In this document: positions 62,400 through 64,000 of the stretch, piece by piece
Numbering within the stretch: position 1 is the stretch's first letter
Layout of the letters: every line of letters begins with the position of its first letter
IMG/VR virus record: IMGVR_UViG_3300033547_000001
Coordinates: 10,014-74,013 of that record
DNA length: 64,000 bases
Direction: 5' to 3' (one strand)
DNA from: a virus
Lineage: Duplodnaviria > Caudoviricetes
Position numbers and translations under genes: made by a program
The notes under the pieces: model-generated
Told to the model about the DNA's origin: nothing
What the model saw: the letters and a program-made list of their open reading frames with translations, nothing else
The model's database searches: none

Positions 62400-64000
62400 C
62401 TAATCCCACCTGTCGATCAGGTGACTAGTCCAGGCTCTCCCGTCGTATGCGCGCAGCAGGCGAGGTCGCGATCGAACTGCGCCAGCCTCGTCTCGAATCA
62501 TCAGGCCGCAGGCCGTCGCTTTGTCCGCGCCCGACAGTTTACCCATCTTCGAGAACTGCTCGATGGAGCCGCGTACAGGATAAACATCCTGGCGCAGGTG
62601 TTCCGCGAACAGGGCAAGCGCGCGATTGGCGATATCGACCGCCCCGTCGAGGACTAGGAATGCGCCCCTGCCATGCTGAGGTTGCGGCCGACTGCCCCAC
62701 AGGTTAGGCGTCGGCGTCACCGCGTTGACCTGCACCCATCCGGGTTTAAGCTTCCACTGCGATGCCGATGAGCCGGTGAGGTAGGTGTACCATCCGACCG
62801 TGTTGCGCTCGGCATCGTCGTCCCACTTCAGCAGCGGAGGGGCGTTCTGGTCCTCCGCAGCGGTCAACGCGAAGAACCCATCAGTATGATTTATCGATGC
62901 GTCGATGCGCAGCGCGTTGGGCAGCACCTTCTCGCTGAACTTGGACCAGGTCATCGTGATCGGTGGTATGTCGACGCTCGGCGCCGTCACGGCGCTGCGG
63001 CCCGGTCGAACCGGCACGCCGTTAAACACACCACTGGGACGCGATCGATCGACGGTGGCACCGGCTGACACCCAGTTTAACTCCAGGTCCTCCAGCATGG
63101 CGAACCGCCGCTTGAGAGCCGGCGCGAGGCCCATCTTATCGAACAGCGCCTCGGCCGCGCGCACGTTCCCCTCAGACGGAAGCTCCTGCGGGCGCTGGTA
63201 GACGTCCGATCTCGTCTTCTCGCCGTGCTTGCGCTTGATCTCCTCGAACGGGACTCGGTTCTGGATGTCGTCGAGAAGCGGCCCCACGACCGAGGACTTG
63301 ATATGGCAGTAACCCTCGGGGGCGAGCGCCACTGCACGCATCAGGATGTTGTTGCGGATATGCTGGTTCTGCCGACCCTTGGGCCAGTCGTGCAGCTTCC
63401 GCAGCCACCGGACCGGGCCGATGAACTTCTCACTGCGGTCGAGTACACCGGCCTCAAATAGCCGCAGTGCCTCGTCGAGGACCGCCGGCGGGTAGTCCAC
63501 CATCGCGCGTCTGACCGTCTCGACGTTCTCCTTGGCCGCCGCCATCGCCTGGAATGGCGTGAGCGCGCGGCTACGGTGGACTAAGACGGCCGGCGCCACG
63601 ACATGCATGTGGCGCCACTCGCCCGTTTCGCGCGTACCCCATACGGCCTCCTTCGTCTTGAACACCCCAGTCACGCGGGCTTCCTTGACCTTCGCCCACA
63701 GCATGGCAAAGGCGTCGCGGTAGAAGCTGGGAGCGGCGGCTATGTTCCACATCACCGGCCGGGTCTGGCCCTGCGGCGTGATCGCAACGAGGCCTCCATA
63801 GGTCTCGACGAAGCGCCGGCAGCAATGGCAGTTATGGACCTGTCGGAGTTGAGCCTGACCCGGCGCGAGATGGGTCAAATATTCTTCCCAAAGGAAGCGC
63901 GCGTCGGTGGTGAATAGCGGGCTATCGCTGTCGGATATCGCGGTGTCGAACGACGCGCGGACGCCGGCTAAGAGTCCGCTGTAGTCGTGCTCATGCCGGG
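62400..64000 (-). CDS. Large conserved phage protein, 5'-truncated by the window edge
   Basis: Frame is open to position 63998; HNCHCCRRF..YGGLV motif, ALAPEGYCH, P..YQRP. Confidence 0.75.
   Translation of the reverse strand, partial: RHEHDYSGLLAGVRASFDTAISDSDSPLFTTDARFLWEEYLTHLAPGQAQLRQVHNCHCCRRFVETYGGLVAITPQGQTRPVMWNIAAAPSFYRDAFAMLWAKVKEARVTGVFKTKEAVWGTRETGEWRHMHVVAPAVLVHRSRALTPFQAMAAAKENVETVRRAMVDYPPAVLDEALRLFEAGVLDRSEKFIGPVRWLRKLHDWPKGRQNQHIRNNILMRAVALAPEGYCHIKSSVVGPLLDDIQNRVPFEEIKRKHGEKTRSDVYQRPQELPSEGNVRAAEALFDKMGLAPALKRRFAMLEDLELNWVSAGATVDRSRPSGVFNGVPVRPGRSAVTAPSVDIPPITMTWSKFSEKVLPNALRIDASINHTDGFFALTAAEDQNAPPLLKWDDDAERNTVGWYTYLTGSSASQWKLKPGWVQVNAVTPTPNLWGSRPQPQHGRGAFLVLDGAVDIANRALALFAEHLRQDVYPVRGSIEQFSKMGKLSGADKATACGLMIRDEAGAVRSRPRLLRAYDGRAWTSHLIDRWD

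Larger units (their letters stand above)
1..64000. mobile_element. Tailed bacteriophage (contractile-tail, Bcep781-like morphogenesis module) genome segment
   Basis: Complete ordered head-neck-sheath-tube-baseplate-fibre-lysis module plus phage replication genes; no host housekeeping genes; no integrase in window. Confidence 0.97.

Noticed and set aside
1-64000. CRISPR array or mini-array
   Set aside because: No regularly spaced 25-45 bp repeats with unique spacers noticed; the repeats found are tandem or coding
1-64000. The many long antisense or alternate-frame ORFs in the track (e.g. 11094-12053, 35665-37362, 39855-41030)
   Set aside because: Arg/Gly/Pro-rich shadows of real genes, expected in high-GC DNA; no RBS or motifs

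Overview
The whole window is one GC-rich tailed-phage (myovirus) genome segment, probably infecting an alphaproteobacterium (Hyphomicrobiales/Bradyrhizobiaceae-like; inferred from DUF3489-, DUF6362- and anti-SD sRNA-like elements). Both ends cut through genes. 1-9228 (+): early/accessory operon (DnaQ-like exonuclease, long ParB, J-domain-like protein, MazG-like protein, small Cys-rich ORFs, C5-MTase-like, HNH). 9255-51131 (-): one long late region, read right to left: TerS, TerL, DUF1073 portal with an acidic C-terminal extension, MuF, an accessory island (GIY-YIG, three DUF6527-like paralogs, XRE, GNAT, a hairpin-dense non-coding stretch), a NUDIX-containing DUF2213 protease/scaffold polyprotein, decoration protein, DUF2184 capsid, neck, sheath, tube, chaperone with a -1 slippery site, tape measure, baseplate, two fibres, two SGNH esterases, endolysin, several membrane genes, an anti-Shine-Dalgarno three-hairpin RNA and tRNA-Thr(CGT). 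51268-52273 (+): small genes including DUF3489. 52318-64000 (-): ParB-MTase, origin-like repeats, HNH, DUF968, late-regulator-like protein, primase-helicase, MT-A70, RuvC-like. No integrase, repressor, CRISPR array or reverse transcriptase was seen. Strongest leads: A-x-D-delimited head polyproteins carrying cargo domains; signal peptides on fibre/esterase proteins; the sRNA-tRNA tandem; the DUF6527/GNAT island. Family names come from motif recognition by eye, not from database searches.
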